Virus record (IMG/VR): IMGVR_UViG_2049941000_000128
DNA from: an uncultured virus (IMG/VR IMGVR_UViG_2049941000_000128)
Taxonomy: Duplodnaviria > Heunggongvirae > Uroviricota > Caudoviricetes
Reading direction: 5' to 3' (one strand)
Length of the DNA stretch: 43,045 bases
Every line of letters starts with the position of its first letter. The first letter of the stretch is position 1. Below the pieces are notes generated by a model that had not been told where the DNA came from, did no database searches, and saw nothing but the letters and a program-made list of their open reading frames with translations. Positions 1-11,477 of this stretch are shown piece by piece. Both the position numbers and the translations under genes were made by a program.

Positions 1-221
1 TACAACTTGGCCATCACCGGGTTGTCCGGATAGGTCTGGATGAGCGCATCCACCAAGGACGGCTTCTGGTTCGGCTCGGCCACTTGCATGAGCTGCACGA
101 TTTCTGCACGTGCTTGCTTGAGGGCCATCCATTCGATAGGGCCCTGAGCGATGCTGATCGTACCTTCGACGCCCATCATCTTGCCGACCATGTCACCGAG
201 CGCCTTGAAGCTGGCCTGTAG
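1..221 (-). repeat. Allelic copy of an internal portal gene segment (matches 6485-6705)
   Basis: Colinear with 6485-6705 with mostly synonymous changes (EPNQKPSLVDAL vs EPQQKPSLIDAL); ends at an N gap. Confidence 0.9.
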
Positions 222-231
222 NNNNNNNNNN

Positions 232-363
232 GCTGTAAATCCATGTTTACCACGTCGGCGCTGATTTCGTGAGTATCATTGTCTACGTGAATCGGAGCTA
301 TACCACTGTATTCAGCACCACCAGCACCGCCAGCGATTGCAGAACCATTTATACTGCTAATCT
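232..363 (-). other. Gap-bounded tail fibre gene fragment
   Basis: Minus strand reads ISSINGSAIAGGAGGAEYSGIAPIHVDNDTHEISAD, the same module found in the other fibre genes. Confidence 0.75.
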
Positions 364-373
364 NNNNNNNNNN

Positions 374-1671
374 GCAGTTGCGGTAATCCCATCGTAGACC
401 GCGCTGACAGTCATATCACCACCATAGTCCATCTGAAAGAACAGCTTGGAGTTTTCGTTTGCAGACGGCAGGGTACATACAACCGGGGTATCTGGTCTTA
501 ACTGTCCGCTATTTCCAACGACCGTCGTTGCGTAACCTGGAACAATCGTTGTGGTAACAGCCGAATTGGTAGCCTCTACATTGAAACCGTTGGCCACGAT
601 GGTTCCGTTCTGTGATGTTACCCCGGAAGGAATCGATGTCTTGCTCGCTAGAGAACTTAGGTATCTCCCATTCGGGTCTTGCGCGGCTGTGTAGGTGTAG
701 TTAGCCGAGCCAGCCCACTTTGCAGAAACCGGAATGCTATTGATGGAGCTTACGTACTTGTCATTGTAGATGTTCTCGTAGATGCCAAGGTCAATCGGGG
801 TTGGAATATCCTCCTTCCATGCAAGCTCCTTGACAGCTGAATACGGAAGACCCGGATAAACAAACAAGACAGGATTAGATCCAGACAGTGTTAAAGAACC
901 ACCATCTATCTTCAGTTTTGAATCCCAGACCGAGTAGATATTGCTAGTGCTGAGTAGTCCACCAGCAGATATAGAGCTTGCTGGTAATACAAACGAAGAC
1001 ACTAGGTTTCCTAGATCCGTGTTGGCAGAAACCCAGGCTGTTCTGGTTGCGGTACTGGAATTGTATAGTAAGCCGACACCCTTTGCCTTGAACGTAGGAT
1101 AGCTACCTAAAAACTCATAGGAGTTAGAGTAATTCGAGTAGTTAGCTTGACCTGAATTGTTTACATCCAAGCCTTCAGCTGTACCAATTGCAGAGTTCGT
1201 AGCCTCAATAGCCGTGCCATCAGTAACCGTAATCGTGCCAGACGGAGATGCGACAGATCCACCGCCACCGCCTTGCCCAGCAAGAGCAGAGCCGTTGATT
1301 GCAGAAATCTTGTTATCGTCATAGCTGAAGGTCAGCTCGTCTTGCTTGGAGCTTGCTGCACTCTCCGCATAAGCGGAGGCAATAGCAGACACCGTTGCAC
1401 TGTCTGGCAAACTCGAGATAAGCCGACCAGTTCCGTCGTAGTAGGCACTGTTGGCCATCGAGGCATTGGCAGCGTTTCCTGCACGGGATGCACTAATAGG
1501 TGCGTCGTTAACACTTGTTAAGTAAGCCGTGCCAGCGTAAAGCTGGGTTGCAGTTGCAGACACCACTTGGTAAGCCGAGGCAATAGCGGATACATCCGCA
1601 GAGTTGGTTGGTGCAAACCCGGCTGACGGTGCGTAGAACGGAATACCAGAAAGCGAAGAATATACTTGCAT
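374..1671 (-). CDS. Tail fibre-like protein, Ser/Ala/Gly-rich (3' end lost in gap)
   Basis: Likely start MQVYSS at 1671 after CAGGAG SD and upstream stop at 1673; ISAINGSALAG module; internal repeats (SASRAGNA/SAKWAGSA, SPSGTI/SQNGTI...EATNSA). Confidence 0.7.
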
Positions 1672-1672
1672 G

Positions 1673-3527
1673 CTAAATTTCTCCTGTTCCCAGTGCGGAC
1701 GAGTACACATAATCGCCGCTGGGAGCGAACTGTGCCGCATTGACACCCAGAACTGCGGAACTTCCGCTGTTGTAGGCCGTCATCGTGCTGTCTACGCACA
1801 AAGTACGGTGGTCGACGCTGATAAGGCGCGAGTCATTGTCGACATTGACCGGGGCTACGCCGGAGTAGTCGGCTCCTCCCATCCCGGCCAGGGAACTTCC
1901 ACCGATGCCGGAAATGGCAGTACCGCTGTAATCCAGAGCGGAATACGGAACCCAAGCAGACATGGAGCTGGACGGCTGGAACCAGGCCGAGTCGTACGCC
2001 GAAGCATCCAGCTTCGAGCTTACCGCGCTGTCAACGTATTGCTCGCTGGCATAACCAGCCAACGACTGATGGGCTGTCAGAAAACCACTCGGATTTCCCG
2101 TCATCGGGTAGAAACTCGACGATGCAGAAGCATCTAGCTTTCCGCTTACTGCCGAAGCTACGTCGCTTGTATAGGCAAGGTCGTCGGGCAATGAAGTCAG
2201 GAACTGCGAGCTAGCTGTCACGTCCAGCTTGCCGCTTACCGCACTATCGACATACGACTCGGTGGCGTAACTGCTCATGGCACTCACCGGCTGATATGAG
2301 GAGAGTGCAGAGCTGTCCGCCTTGCTGGAGATGCTTGAGAAGTAACCGCTCCACGCGGAGATTCCGGACACTGCTGACTCGGCGTAGCTGGAAGCCACGC
2401 TGGACACGAACGCGCTGTCGATTCCGCCAGCTATGGCGGAGCCAGAGATTCCGGTGATTTCGTTGTCCTGATTGTACTCGATAGCCGAGTAGTCGACCTT
2501 TCCGGACAAGTTAAAGTCGAAGTAACCGCGCACCCACTGCTGGGTCGCACACGTGTCAGGAACCGCGTTGATGCCACTATAGATGCGGTGGCACTGTACT
2601 TCGCCAGTTACCTCGCACGTGCCTGGAATAGTCAGTGTAAAATAAACGAAGCTGTCTTCTTCCGGCACAAGGTCGTACGAGAACTCGCACATGACCGAGT
2701 CGTTCACGGAAGTGTCGATGTCGAAGTTGCGGCTGTCCACAATCTGGTCGCCGCAGTACATGTTCACGGTGAAGGTATCATAATTGATTCCCGTTCCGTC
2801 AGGGTCTACATAGAAAGTATTCGTGAAGTGGTAGAGATGGCCGCCATGCACCTTGATGCCCTGGCCAGCCTCGGTCTCCATCGTGCCAGCCTGATAGACC
2901 GGCTTCCAAGTTGCGTCGCAGTCTTCCTCGGAGCACTTAATCCATTCAAGAAATTCGTCGTTGTCTGCCGGAGCAATGCCGATGTCGTAGGTGCGTTCAG
3001 TGNNNNNNNNNNACCTTGATGCCCTGTCCAGCCTCCGTCACCATCGTTCCGGCCTGATAGACCGGCTTCCAAGTGGCGTCGCAGTCTTCCTCGGAGCACT
3101 TGATCCATTCAAGGAATTCGTCGTTGTCCGCAGGGGCGATACCGATGTCGTAGGTGCGCTCAGTGCCAGCGATGTTCTCTTCGACGCTGATGGATCCGTC
3201 CGTAGAGACAACCCTTGTGACGGACATGCCGGAGCCAGCGTTGCCAGTACACCAGACTGGCTCGGTAGTCCACTGGAGCATGCCTTCGGAGTCATAGACC
3301 TCGACACGGTAAGCCTTGGCCTTGTCCACAATGGCACAGAAACGACCGTTGTCGTCGATAACGATCTTCTGGGGATTCACGGTGCCGTTGAAGTCGGCGT
3401 AGGTAGTAGCCGGATCGTCCGTCCCGGCAAGGAACACCATAACCCAGCCAGCCGTGAGGTTGTGGCCATCTTTGGCTTGGAGCTGGGTAGTGTCCGGATA
3501 AAGTCTTGCGTATTGAATAGCGGCCAT
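1673..3527 (-). CDS. Tail fibre protein with podophage head-binding-like N-terminus (one gene, split by duplicated segment 2850-3002/3013-3165)
   Basis: N-term DGHNLTAGWVMVFLAGTDDPATTYADF...NPQKIVIDDNGR resembles P22-type virion attachment domains; C-terminal SAVSGKLDASAS repeats; the two ORFs overlap in the duplicated stretch. Confidence 0.7.
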
Positions 3528-3537
3528 AATTTGTCCT

Positions 3538-3552
3538 CAACTATAACTATGC
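3538..3552 (-). promoter_or_regulatory. Candidate phage late promoter GCATAGTTATAGTTG
   Basis: One of four near-identical copies at minus-strand gene junctions; followed directly by SD and the ATG at 3527. Confidence 0.6.
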
Positions 3553-6001
3553 TACGATCCGCTACGGACAAAGGTCGTGTAGCCGTTGGAGTTGTAGTTA
3601 GCCGTATCGGTCGACCAAGGCGGTTTCGAGAGCCACACATTCACCAAGAAGCGGTTGTTGTAGTCCTCGTTCTCAAGGTTTTCCGGCGTGGACAGACCAT
3701 TTGCGTACCACACGTCGCAATCAGCCCAGTCACCGTCCGTGTTGCTTTCCTGGATAAGCGCGGTCACGTGGCTATTCGGATTCGCAGGGTCAAGCATCGA
3801 GTGCGGATTCTGGTTGGCTCCGCCTGGTTCGTAGTCGTACGGCATGAACAAGTAGTACGTGTCGTTGCTGCGGTAGTAGTGATGCGGCCCAATCGGATCC
3901 TCGTAGTGGTGAGTCCAGTTATTGTAGTTGTCGATGCGCGGCGGTGCCATGCCAGGGCAGTTTCCGCTGTTGCCAGTGTACTCCCAAGTGCCCATGTTCC
4001 TGTCTGCGTAGGTGGCGTACATGTACGGTTCCATGTAGGCAATATGCCACTGCGTCATTTTGATGGCGTGTGGGTCGACCGTGTCGAAACGGTTGTTCAC
4101 AATCTTCATCATGTTGAACTTGACCGCAGTGCCACGCACTTCGTAGTGCGGATGGTCTGCATCGTGGTAATACGTTATCCACAGACGGAAGTTGCCAATG
4201 AACTTGTTGTCAGACATCAGCAAATTGTAATAGAACTTGTCACCACTAGCTGCCGGGTAGAGGTCAATCTTTCCAGAAGCATAGCAGCCAACCATCTGCA
4301 AGTAGTTAAGCCTCCAGCTGAAACTGTCAAGGATATGGACGTTCTGGAAGATAATCTGCTTGTTGAGCAAGTAAGCGTTGCAGTGGTCTGTAGACATCTT
4401 GATGAGGCCGCTGAAAGAGCCACCGTACATTGTAATGCCGCAGTCGCACGGGTCGATACCTTCAGCACCGACAATGCTGATATCGGAGTCTACTGCCTGA
4501 ATGCCACCCAACCCACTGTGGTAACGCTCGATCGTTATCTTGGAGTGGTTCGCGTAGATCAGGTTGTTCGCGTGGGTGAAATTGATACGAAGGGAAGCCT
4601 GTACGTTGTAGAAGCTAGTGCTGTAGCCAGCGCAAGTAATCGTACCCGTGAAGTTTCCGTTCTTGATCGTGGTGAAGCTCGCGTCGCCCAAGTAGAGGTT
4701 TCCGGCGGTTCTGCCCTGCAAGTCCAGCGTGTAGTCGCTCCATACAACGTTGTTGAGACGGTTACGCCTTTCCAGCATAGTGCCGAGCCAACGCTGCGTG
4801 TTCTCGAACAAATCAAGGTCTGGCACCAAGTCGAACTGGATGTGGTGTCCCTGGTTGATAAGACCCGGATCCCACGAGCCAGTGCTGCGGAAGATTCCGT
4901 CACCGATGCCAGTACCGCTTATACGGACAAAGTCACTGGACGGAATGAAGAAGTTGTCCGGAATGTCAGCCGTGAGAGCCACGTTGAAGTATGCGCTGTT
5001 CGCATAGGCCGTAACGGCAGTGCCGCTGCCTTCGACAGTCTTGTCTGCAAGCGTGACGATGCTGCGGAGCACGGAGTCGGAGAAGTGGTTGTCCGTATCC
5101 ACGATAAGGATGTCGGCACCGGAATGCCAGAAGTCCTCAACGCGCTTGTACCAGTGCGAGTGCGCGGTACAGCCAGGACGGATGAACTCGATATTGCCGT
5201 ATGCGGTCTCAGGAGCTACACGGTTCAGCACTTCGATATCGCACGGCACTTGGATGGTTCCAGTCCACTGCGTCTGAGGCCCGACAGCCAAGCGCTTCGA
5301 GCACACATATACGTTGTTCAGATTGTAGTTGCCCGGTTCCAGCCAGATCGTGGTCGGCGTAATCATATTCATTGAGCCGATGACACGCGGGAAGTTGAAC
5401 AGGGCGTTGATGTTCGTAATTTCGCCGTTAATGACGCCGTACACGCTCGAACGGATGTAAGGACAGTCGGATAGAAGTAACCAACGACCGTGGTCGCTCA
5501 CATCGGATGCGATGACAACACCTCCGTCCTCCATATCGATTGCGTCCGGATCCCAGAGGTAGTCACGACGAGGGTATTCCTCAACCGTAACGACATCTGT
5601 ACACACCGTCGGATCCAAATCCTTCAGCGCCTCGATGTCCTTCACGGAGTCACGGCCAACCTGGTCTAGCTTTGCATCGATACCCATCTCATAGTTGTCG
5701 AAGTCCTCGAAGGTTCCGTCGCCGTTGTACTTCTCAAGCTTGACATCGTAAATGCCAAGCTCAGCGAAGATGGACGCGCCAAGACGGCCAGCCTCGTCGA
5801 GACGGACTGGGTTGTCCATAGACACGTAGTCCTGACCTTCAAGGCTGTAGATGTTGGCCAGTACGTTCGTGTCATGGTTGTACACGGTAAGGCGACCCCC
5901 TACCANNNNNNNNNNNNNNNNNNNNNNNNNNNNNNNNNNNNNNNNNNNNNNNNNNNNNNNNNNNNNNNNNNNNNNNNATAGCATTCCATCATCGTAGCCA
6001 T
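3552..6001 (-). CDS. Tailspike-like protein (head-binding-like N-terminus, probable beta-helix body); N gap near 5' end
   Basis: Likely start ATG at 6001 in a TAATG overlap with the portal stop; GGRLTVY...NIYS...DNPVRLDEAGR motif; DGGVVIAS...GRW motif; Asn/Ile-rich beta-strand C-half. Confidence 0.65.
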
Positions 6002-7902
6002 TATTCTTCTTCCTCACTGTTGTTCTGTGCGGCTTCTTGCTGTCTTGCACGTGCCGCAGCCGACTGGACGGCGATGCGGTCTAGCGCGGACTTCTTGGCC
6101 AGCTCCATACGGTTCTTGGCGTTCTGCACATCGAGCTTCTGGCGTTCTCCGTCAAGCTTGATTGCGAGCGACATAGCGTCTGCCTCAAGACGGTTCGCTT
6201 CACGCTCAGCCTCGATGGCGGCCCTGTCGGCATCCACGCCGGAGTCCAGCTGTGCCTTGAGGATAGCGTCCTCGATGTCGTACTGGTGCTGGAGCTGGAG
6301 CTTGGTAACTTCGAGTTCGCGCTGTTCCTTCTGATCGCGGAGCATTTGTTCGTACTCCTTGAGCTTCTGGTCAAGCTGCATAATCACTTGCTGGTCTTGC
6401 TCTATCTTCTGCTTCATCATCATCGCAGTCTGTTGCATTTCCATTTCCATCGGAGTCGGAGTCGGCAAGCTGTGGAGCTGTGCGTACAACTTGGCCATCA
6501 CCGGGTTGTCCGGATAGGTCTGGATGAGCGCATCGATAAGCGAAGGCTTCTGCTGCGGTTCCGCAACTTGCATTAGCTGCACGATTTCGGCTCGTGCTTG
6601 CTTGAGACCCATCCATTCAATCGGGCCTTGTGCGATGCTGATTGTGCCTTCGATTCCCATCATCTTGCCGACCATGTCACCGAGCGCCTTGAAGCTGGCC
6701 TGTAGGTGAACCATGTAGTGGCGGATGTTGGTGGAATAGGCTTCTGCGGCATAGGATACTTCCGTAGCCGTCTTCATCGTATTCTGGTCGATTAGTCCGT
6801 GCGCATCCACGCCGGTCACGCTGCCCATTACTGACAACATATTGCCGATGACTCCGCCGAGGTCTTCGAACTGCACCTTGGCATCGAAACGCTGCGGAGG
6901 TTCGAGCACATCCTTCTGGTCAGCGGACTTTCTGTTGTACGGAAGAATCGGGTTCAGTCCGGCACCGGCGTCCTTGTAGTACTTGTCAAGACCCTTGAAG
7001 GCTTCGACAGTGCCCATCCACTGCGGCTTCGGAGACAAACTAAGACGCTCCGCCAGCTGGGTGACAGACAAGTTAACGAGCTTCTGGATGCTTCTTGCCT
7101 TCTGAACCATACCGTTCCAGTGCAAGTCGCCTTCGTTGTCGTAATAGCGTTCGCCATAGACAGGGACGACTGGCACACGGTTGAGCGGTAATATGCCACC
7201 GTCGATTGCCCTGTTGTTCACAAGCGTATAGACATGGCAGCCCTGTTCCTCAAGCACAAAGTAAGTGATGATGGGAACCATATCCTTGCGAGCTGGCACG
7301 ATATTCTGTTCACGGTCTCCCGGAACCCAGTCGATACCATAGTTAAGTTCGACCCAACGCTTGCCACGATAGTCGATAAGAGCCGCCTCAACCATATCCG
7401 CGCCATCGATCTCGGTACTGTCCGGATCGAGGACGACACGGTCGAAGTCGTTGATGGCATAGATGCAAGGCAGTCCGTCGTCGTCCGTACCCATCGCCAT
7501 CACGCCGAGACCAAGTCCGGCGGAGTTCTTCAGGGCTTCAGTGCCAGCCATGTCGTTCGAGCCACGCTTGAGCAACTTGTCGAGAAGCTGGTCTTCTTCT
7601 GGGTTGCCGGTATACCAGACGAACGGGAATACGCTGTACTGGTTAACGACGGCATTTACGCTGTTCGAGATGATGTTGAGGATCATGCGGTTTCGCTTGT
7701 CCGAAACGTGCCTTCCGTCAGCCTTCGTCCACTGCGTCGTGCCGTTAAGGAAGTCACGGTCGGTACGCATCTTCTCGTAGTTGTCGGCGAACTTCCGCTT
7801 CGAGCGGTCACGGAAGTCACGGAACTTGTTGACAATCGACTCGGAATCGAAAGCGTCCGCCGGGTCAATGAGGTAATCTTGAGTATTTTCCATATCTGCC
7901 AT
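6001..7902 (-). CDS. Portal protein, P22-like
   Basis: ~630 aa from MADMEN (GGAG SD); DRDFLNG..QW, VVLDPDS, VPVVPVYGE, GMVQKARSIQKLVN motifs; long C-terminal coiled coil. Confidence 0.85.
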   Translation of the reverse strand: MADMENTQDYLIDPADAFDSESIVNKFRDFRDRSKRKFADNYEKMRTDRDFLNGTTQWTKADGRHVSDKRNRMILNIISNSVNAVVNQYSVFPFVWYTGNPEEDQLLDKLLKRGSNDMAGTEALKNSAGLGLGVMAMGTDDDGLPCIYAINDFDRVVLDPDSTEIDGADMVEAALIDYRGKRWVELNYGIDWVPGDREQNIVPARKDMVPIITYFVLEEQGCHVYTLVNNRAIDGGILPLNRVPVVPVYGERYYDNEGDLHWNGMVQKARSIQKLVNLSVTQLAERLSLSPKPQWMGTVEAFKGLDKYYKDAGAGLNPILPYNRKSADQKDVLEPPQRFDAKVQFEDLGGVIGNMLSVMGSVTGVDAHGLIDQNTMKTATEVSYAAEAYSTNIRHYMVHLQASFKALGDMVGKMMGIEGTISIAQGPIEWMGLKQARAEIVQLMQVAEPQQKPSLIDALIQTYPDNPVMAKLYAQLHSLPTPTPMEMEMQQTAMMMKQKIEQDQQVIMQLDQKLKEYEQMLRDQKEQRELEVTKLQLQHQYDIEDAILKAQLDSGVDADRAAIEAEREANRLEADAMSLAIKLDGERQKLDVQNAKNRMELAKKSALDRIAVQSAAARARQQEAAQNNSEEEE

Positions 7903-7907
7903 ATAAA

Positions 7908-9617
7908 TTACTCCACTTCGTATGTGGGACGGAACAGTTCGGTTCCACGGAGAATATCCTGACCACGGACGAGCAACCAGTTCTTGAACTTGCTGGAACT
8001 GCCTTCGCCGTACCCTTCCATCATATTGGGATTCTTGACAAGCTTGTTGAGCCATTCACGGTCTTCCGCGTCCAGATCCTGCGTCTCAAGTATCTGTCTG
8101 GCCTGGGACTTCTTCACTTCCGTACGCTGGTTTTCGATATCCTTCTTGCGGGAATCCTCCAGCTTCTTGGATAGGTTCATGGACGGGTCGATGGAACCGA
8201 GCATCTTCGATACACCGCCAAGGAGGATATCTGCATCCCTCTTGGAGCCGTACTTGTTGACGCCCCAGTTCGTACCGGCCTCGATAGCGGCATCCACCGC
8301 ACCGGCAAGCTTCGGGTTGCGGTAGCGGAGCATATCCATAGTGTTGGCGTCCTTGATGACCTGGTCGGAAAGACGGATGATGTCGTCGAAGTTCTGGGTC
8401 TCGGTCATCCCTTCGAGAATCTGGTCGACACCCTTGTAGCCCATATCGTCAGCAGCCTTCTGCACGAAGCCAGCCTCGATGTAGTTCTGCGCGGCGTTGT
8501 TCGGAGTGTTCTTGTCCATGTACTTGACAATGCTGGATGCACGGCTCTTGTCGAGCATCGAGTTCGTTGGAACCCCGGTCTCCATTTCGCTGATGAGGTT
8601 CTCGTGGAACTCAGGCATTACCTTGTCCACTTCGCCGCCGTGAGTCTGCAAGGAGTTGTACTGCTTCACAGCCTTGAGCGTCTCCTTGTCCGGCTTAGTC
8701 CAGAGTCCGTCTGCGATAGCCTGGTCTAGCTGTGCCTTGCCCATATCGCTCATGCCCGGCTTGCCCTTGCTTCCCGGAAGGTAACGGTTCAGCCGTCCGA
8801 ACTTCATTTCGAGTGCCTTCGGTGCGACGACATTCGTCAGGGAACCGAGCAATGCGTCGGACTCGCGGTATGAGGAACGGTCTAGGTTCTCTTCCGGACT
8901 GTAAGCAACGGCATCAAGAGCCTCCATAGCGTGAGGAACGCCGACAGTAGCAGCAGCGTAGGCTCCGCCGTTCAGAATCTTGCTCGCGATGCCGGGAAGA
9001 CGGGCGAGACGACCGATTGCCTTCGCACCGCCACCGAACGGCAACGCCATAAGCACATTCTCCGTACGGTCGAGTGCCCTGTCCTTGTCAGTAGGAGCAC
9101 GGCCTTCAGCACGGGCCTCCGCCTCACGCGGACTGATTACGGCGTCAAGAATCTTGTTGACGGTGCTTCTGTTGTCGTAAGCCTTCTTTGCGGCGTACTC
9201 GCGGTTACGCTTTTCCACTTCCAGACGACGGCGAAGGAACTCGGTTCCTCCCTGACCGTACACATCGTTGATAGCGACATTCCAGTTGCGCTTTATGTTG
9301 TCCGGAGTGTTCGGGTCGTTGTATGCAAGGTAAAGCTGGTCTCCGGCAGTCAGCGTCTTGTTGCCAATCTTCTGGTCGGTGAAACCGGCTGCAGTGGCGA
9401 ACGACTGGAGGTCGTACACCTTGCCCTTGCGGTTGATAATCTTCACGAGCTTTACGCGCTGGTCTGCGTCGTCATAGACCTTGGCGTCGTGGAGCTGCTG
9501 TGCCAGGGCGGACATCCTTTCGTCCCGCGTACCCTTCACGTCCAAGTCGCCGTTCTCCGCGAGCCAGTTGATCTGCGCTTGCGTAAAGTTCTGGTGCAAA
9601 AGGTCGTTGTTAGTCAT
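7908..9617 (-). CDS. Putative internal virion/ejection protein
   Basis: 569 aa, helical, Ala/Lys/Asp-rich; lies downstream of the tail hub genes where podoviruses encode ejection proteins. Confidence 0.5.
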   Translation of the reverse strand: MTNNDLLHQNFTQAQINWLAENGDLDVKGTRDERMSALAQQLHDAKVYDDADQRVKLVKIINRKGKVYDLQSFATAAGFTDQKIGNKTLTAGDQLYLAYNDPNTPDNIKRNWNVAINDVYGQGGTEFLRRRLEVEKRNREYAAKKAYDNRSTVNKILDAVISPREAEARAEGRAPTDKDRALDRTENVLMALPFGGGAKAIGRLARLPGIASKILNGGAYAAATVGVPHAMEALDAVAYSPEENLDRSSYRESDALLGSLTNVVAPKALEMKFGRLNRYLPGSKGKPGMSDMGKAQLDQAIADGLWTKPDKETLKAVKQYNSLQTHGGEVDKVMPEFHENLISEMETGVPTNSMLDKSRASSIVKYMDKNTPNNAAQNYIEAGFVQKAADDMGYKGVDQILEGMTETQNFDDIIRLSDQVIKDANTMDMLRYRNPKLAGAVDAAIEAGTNWGVNKYGSKRDADILLGGVSKMLGSIDPSMNLSKKLEDSRKKDIENQRTEVKKSQARQILETQDLDAEDREWLNKLVKNPNMMEGYGEGSSSKFKNWLLVRGQDILRGTELFRPTYEVE

Positions 9618-9619
9618 CG

Positions 9620-10381
9620 TTAGTCTCCCAGTGCGTCGGCAACGGTCTTCTTGTTACGCTTGTTGCGGAGAGCGTCACCCTTTTTCTTCTGGCCTTTCTT
9701 CTTGAAGTCCTCGATTATCTTGTCCCAGGCCTCCATGCCGCCCATCCTAGAAGTAGCACCGGCGTCGGCGAGTTCTTGCATCTTCGCCTTGAACAAAGGA
9801 ATCGACACGGACAGAGCCTTGTCTATCTGGTCGCCGTTCATCCCGGCCAAGTACATAAGGTCGGTGTTGAGGCTGTTCTCAAGAGCGTCCATCTTGCTCT
9901 GGGCATCCTTCTTGGCCGCTGCAGCCTTCTCTTCCTTCTGCAAGTCTTGCTGGAACGAGCTGACCAACAGCGACTGCAATGCGCCGGGATTTCCACCCAT
10001 CATCATCATTGCCGCCACTTGCATACGCGGGTCTTCGCGCATACGTGACTTGTCCGCCTCGATGCCTTCTTGCAGTTCCTTGATGCGTTGCATATCGGCT
10101 GCCTTGTCGGCCTCGACCTTCGCTTGCAACTCCTTGATACGCTGCATATCGGCAGCCTTCTCGGCTTCCTGTGCGGCTTGCTTAGCCATCGCCTCTTGGT
10201 ACGCGCCAGAGGTTCCGAGCTGTTCGCCCAGAGCCATCCAGTCGTAAGCCTGTGCCGCACGGGCGTTGGCCTTCTGAAGCGGAGCCAATTCCTGTGCATC
10301 TTGCCTTGCAGCTTCCATGCGTACAAGTTCATCTTCATTCGGATGACCGCCCATCCAGCGGAATTCCATACCCTGTGCCAT
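9620..10381 (-). CDS. Putative ejection protein, coiled-coil, with 18-aa tandem duplication
   Basis: KAADMQRIKELQ present twice; GGAG SD; position in cluster. Confidence 0.5.
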   Translation of the reverse strand: MAQGMEFRWMGGHPNEDELVRMEAARQDAQELAPLQKANARAAQAYDWMALGEQLGTSGAYQEAMAKQAAQEAEKAADMQRIKELQAKVEADKAADMQRIKELQEGIEADKSRMREDPRMQVAAMMMMGGNPGALQSLLVSSFQQDLQKEEKAAAAKKDAQSKMDALENSLNTDLMYLAGMNGDQIDKALSVSIPLFKAKMQELADAGATSRMGGMEAWDKIIEDFKKKGQKKKGDALRNKRNKKTVADALGD

Positions 10382-10390
10382 ACAAACTCC

Positions 10391-10894
10391 TTAGTACAGT
10401 TTGTGCGTAACAGCCCATCCGCCGTTACGGTTAAGTTCCCTTTCGATGTCCGGCGCTGTAACCAGACGCTGCGCCTCGCGTGATGCCTCGTAACGGTTGG
10501 GGCCGCCACGGTAGGAGTACCATTTGCCTTTGTTGCCGAACTGGATGCTGATGCTGTTGTCCGGATTGATACGGATTCCGCTCATCATATTCGAAGTCGG
10601 CCTAGTGGCACGGCGCGGACGCAGATCGTCCCAGAATTGGGGCAACCTCTTCTCTTCTTCCGCACCCTTGGCAACCGCCCACTGCATCTGTATGGGATCC
10701 ATTCCCGGACGCAGATACTTTGTCAGTGCCGCACGGTGTTCCTCAAGCGACTGCATCCTTGCCGCCTCGGCATCCTCGCCGAAGACGGTGTTGAACGCGG
10801 TAGATCCGGGGAAGTAGTTCACCGGGTAGACGAAGGTTCCGCTGGACGGATATTCTTCCGGAAGGTCAAGAATCTGTGAGAGTAGCGTCGGCAT
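10391..10894 (-). CDS. Protein with C-terminal KTSC-like domain
   Basis: TSNMMSGIRINPDNSISIQFGNKGKWYSYRG follows the KTSC pattern SSxIxxIxYD...LxIxF..GxxYxY. Confidence 0.5.
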   Translation of the reverse strand: MPTLLSQILDLPEEYPSSGTFVYPVNYFPGSTAFNTVFGEDAEAARMQSLEEHRAALTKYLRPGMDPIQMQWAVAKGAEEEKRLPQFWDDLRPRRATRPTSNMMSGIRINPDNSISIQFGNKGKWYSYRGGPNRYEASREAQRLVTAPDIERELNRNGGWAVTHKLY

Positions 10895-10904
10895 ACCGTA
10901 TAAA

Positions 10905-11465
10905 TTATCTCATCTTGAAGAGCTGAGGATTGAGTCCGTTCATTACGTTGGTAGCATCGCCGACGGAGCCTTGGTACTTGGCAAGAAGCTTCTGGAGTTC
11001 GAGCTGTTCCGGACTTGGTTGTCCGTTACCCTGATACTTCTCAAGGAGCTTCTGGAGTTCCTGTTCCTTCTGGGAATTGCCGAAGAACTTCTCGTAAGCC
11101 TTGCGGTTCCATTCGTCGTACATCTTCTGCCGTGCGATGTCGTACTGCTGCTTTTCCTGTGCAAGCTTGAGACGGTCAAGATTCAGACCGTAATCACGAC
11201 TGGCATTCAGCTGTTCGTACAACTGCTTATCCTTCTGCAGCCGGTTCGTAGCATCGAACTGGCGAACCTTCTCCGCATAGTCACGAGCGTTCGTAGTCTC
11301 AAGCCACTTCTGCTTCTCGTCGGCTCTCTGGTTCTCGCCGCTCTTGATGAGTCCGGATGCAATCGAGTCAAGTCCAGACAAGAAGTCTTGACGGTTGCCG
11401 GCAGCCACCTTGTCCGGGTCTCCGACAGTCGGCATTCTCCAGTTCCAGTTTACATTCAGTGCCAT
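10905..11465 (-). CDS. Putative ejection protein, Gln/Lys-rich
   Basis: 186 aa, AGGAG SD, ELQKLL.KYQG repeated twice. Confidence 0.5.
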   Translation of the reverse strand: MALNVNWNWRMPTVGDPDKVAAGNRQDFLSGLDSIASGLIKSGENQRADEKQKWLETTNARDYAEKVRQFDATNRLQKDKQLYEQLNASRDYGLNLDRLKLAQEKQQYDIARQKMYDEWNRKAYEKFFGNSQKEQELQKLLEKYQGNGQPSPEQLELQKLLAKYQGSVGDATNVMNGLNPQLFKMR

Positions 11466-11477
11466 ATCAGTTTCTCC

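Noticed and set aside
3542..3549. Plus-strand reading TATAACTA as a T4-type late promoter
   Set aside because: It would point antisense into structural genes; the minus-strand reading places every strong copy just before an SD and ATG
2991..5375. 794-aa plus-strand ORF and other long antisense ORFs
   Set aside because: Shadow frames of well-supported minus-strand genes; Val/Arg-rich with no motifs or SD
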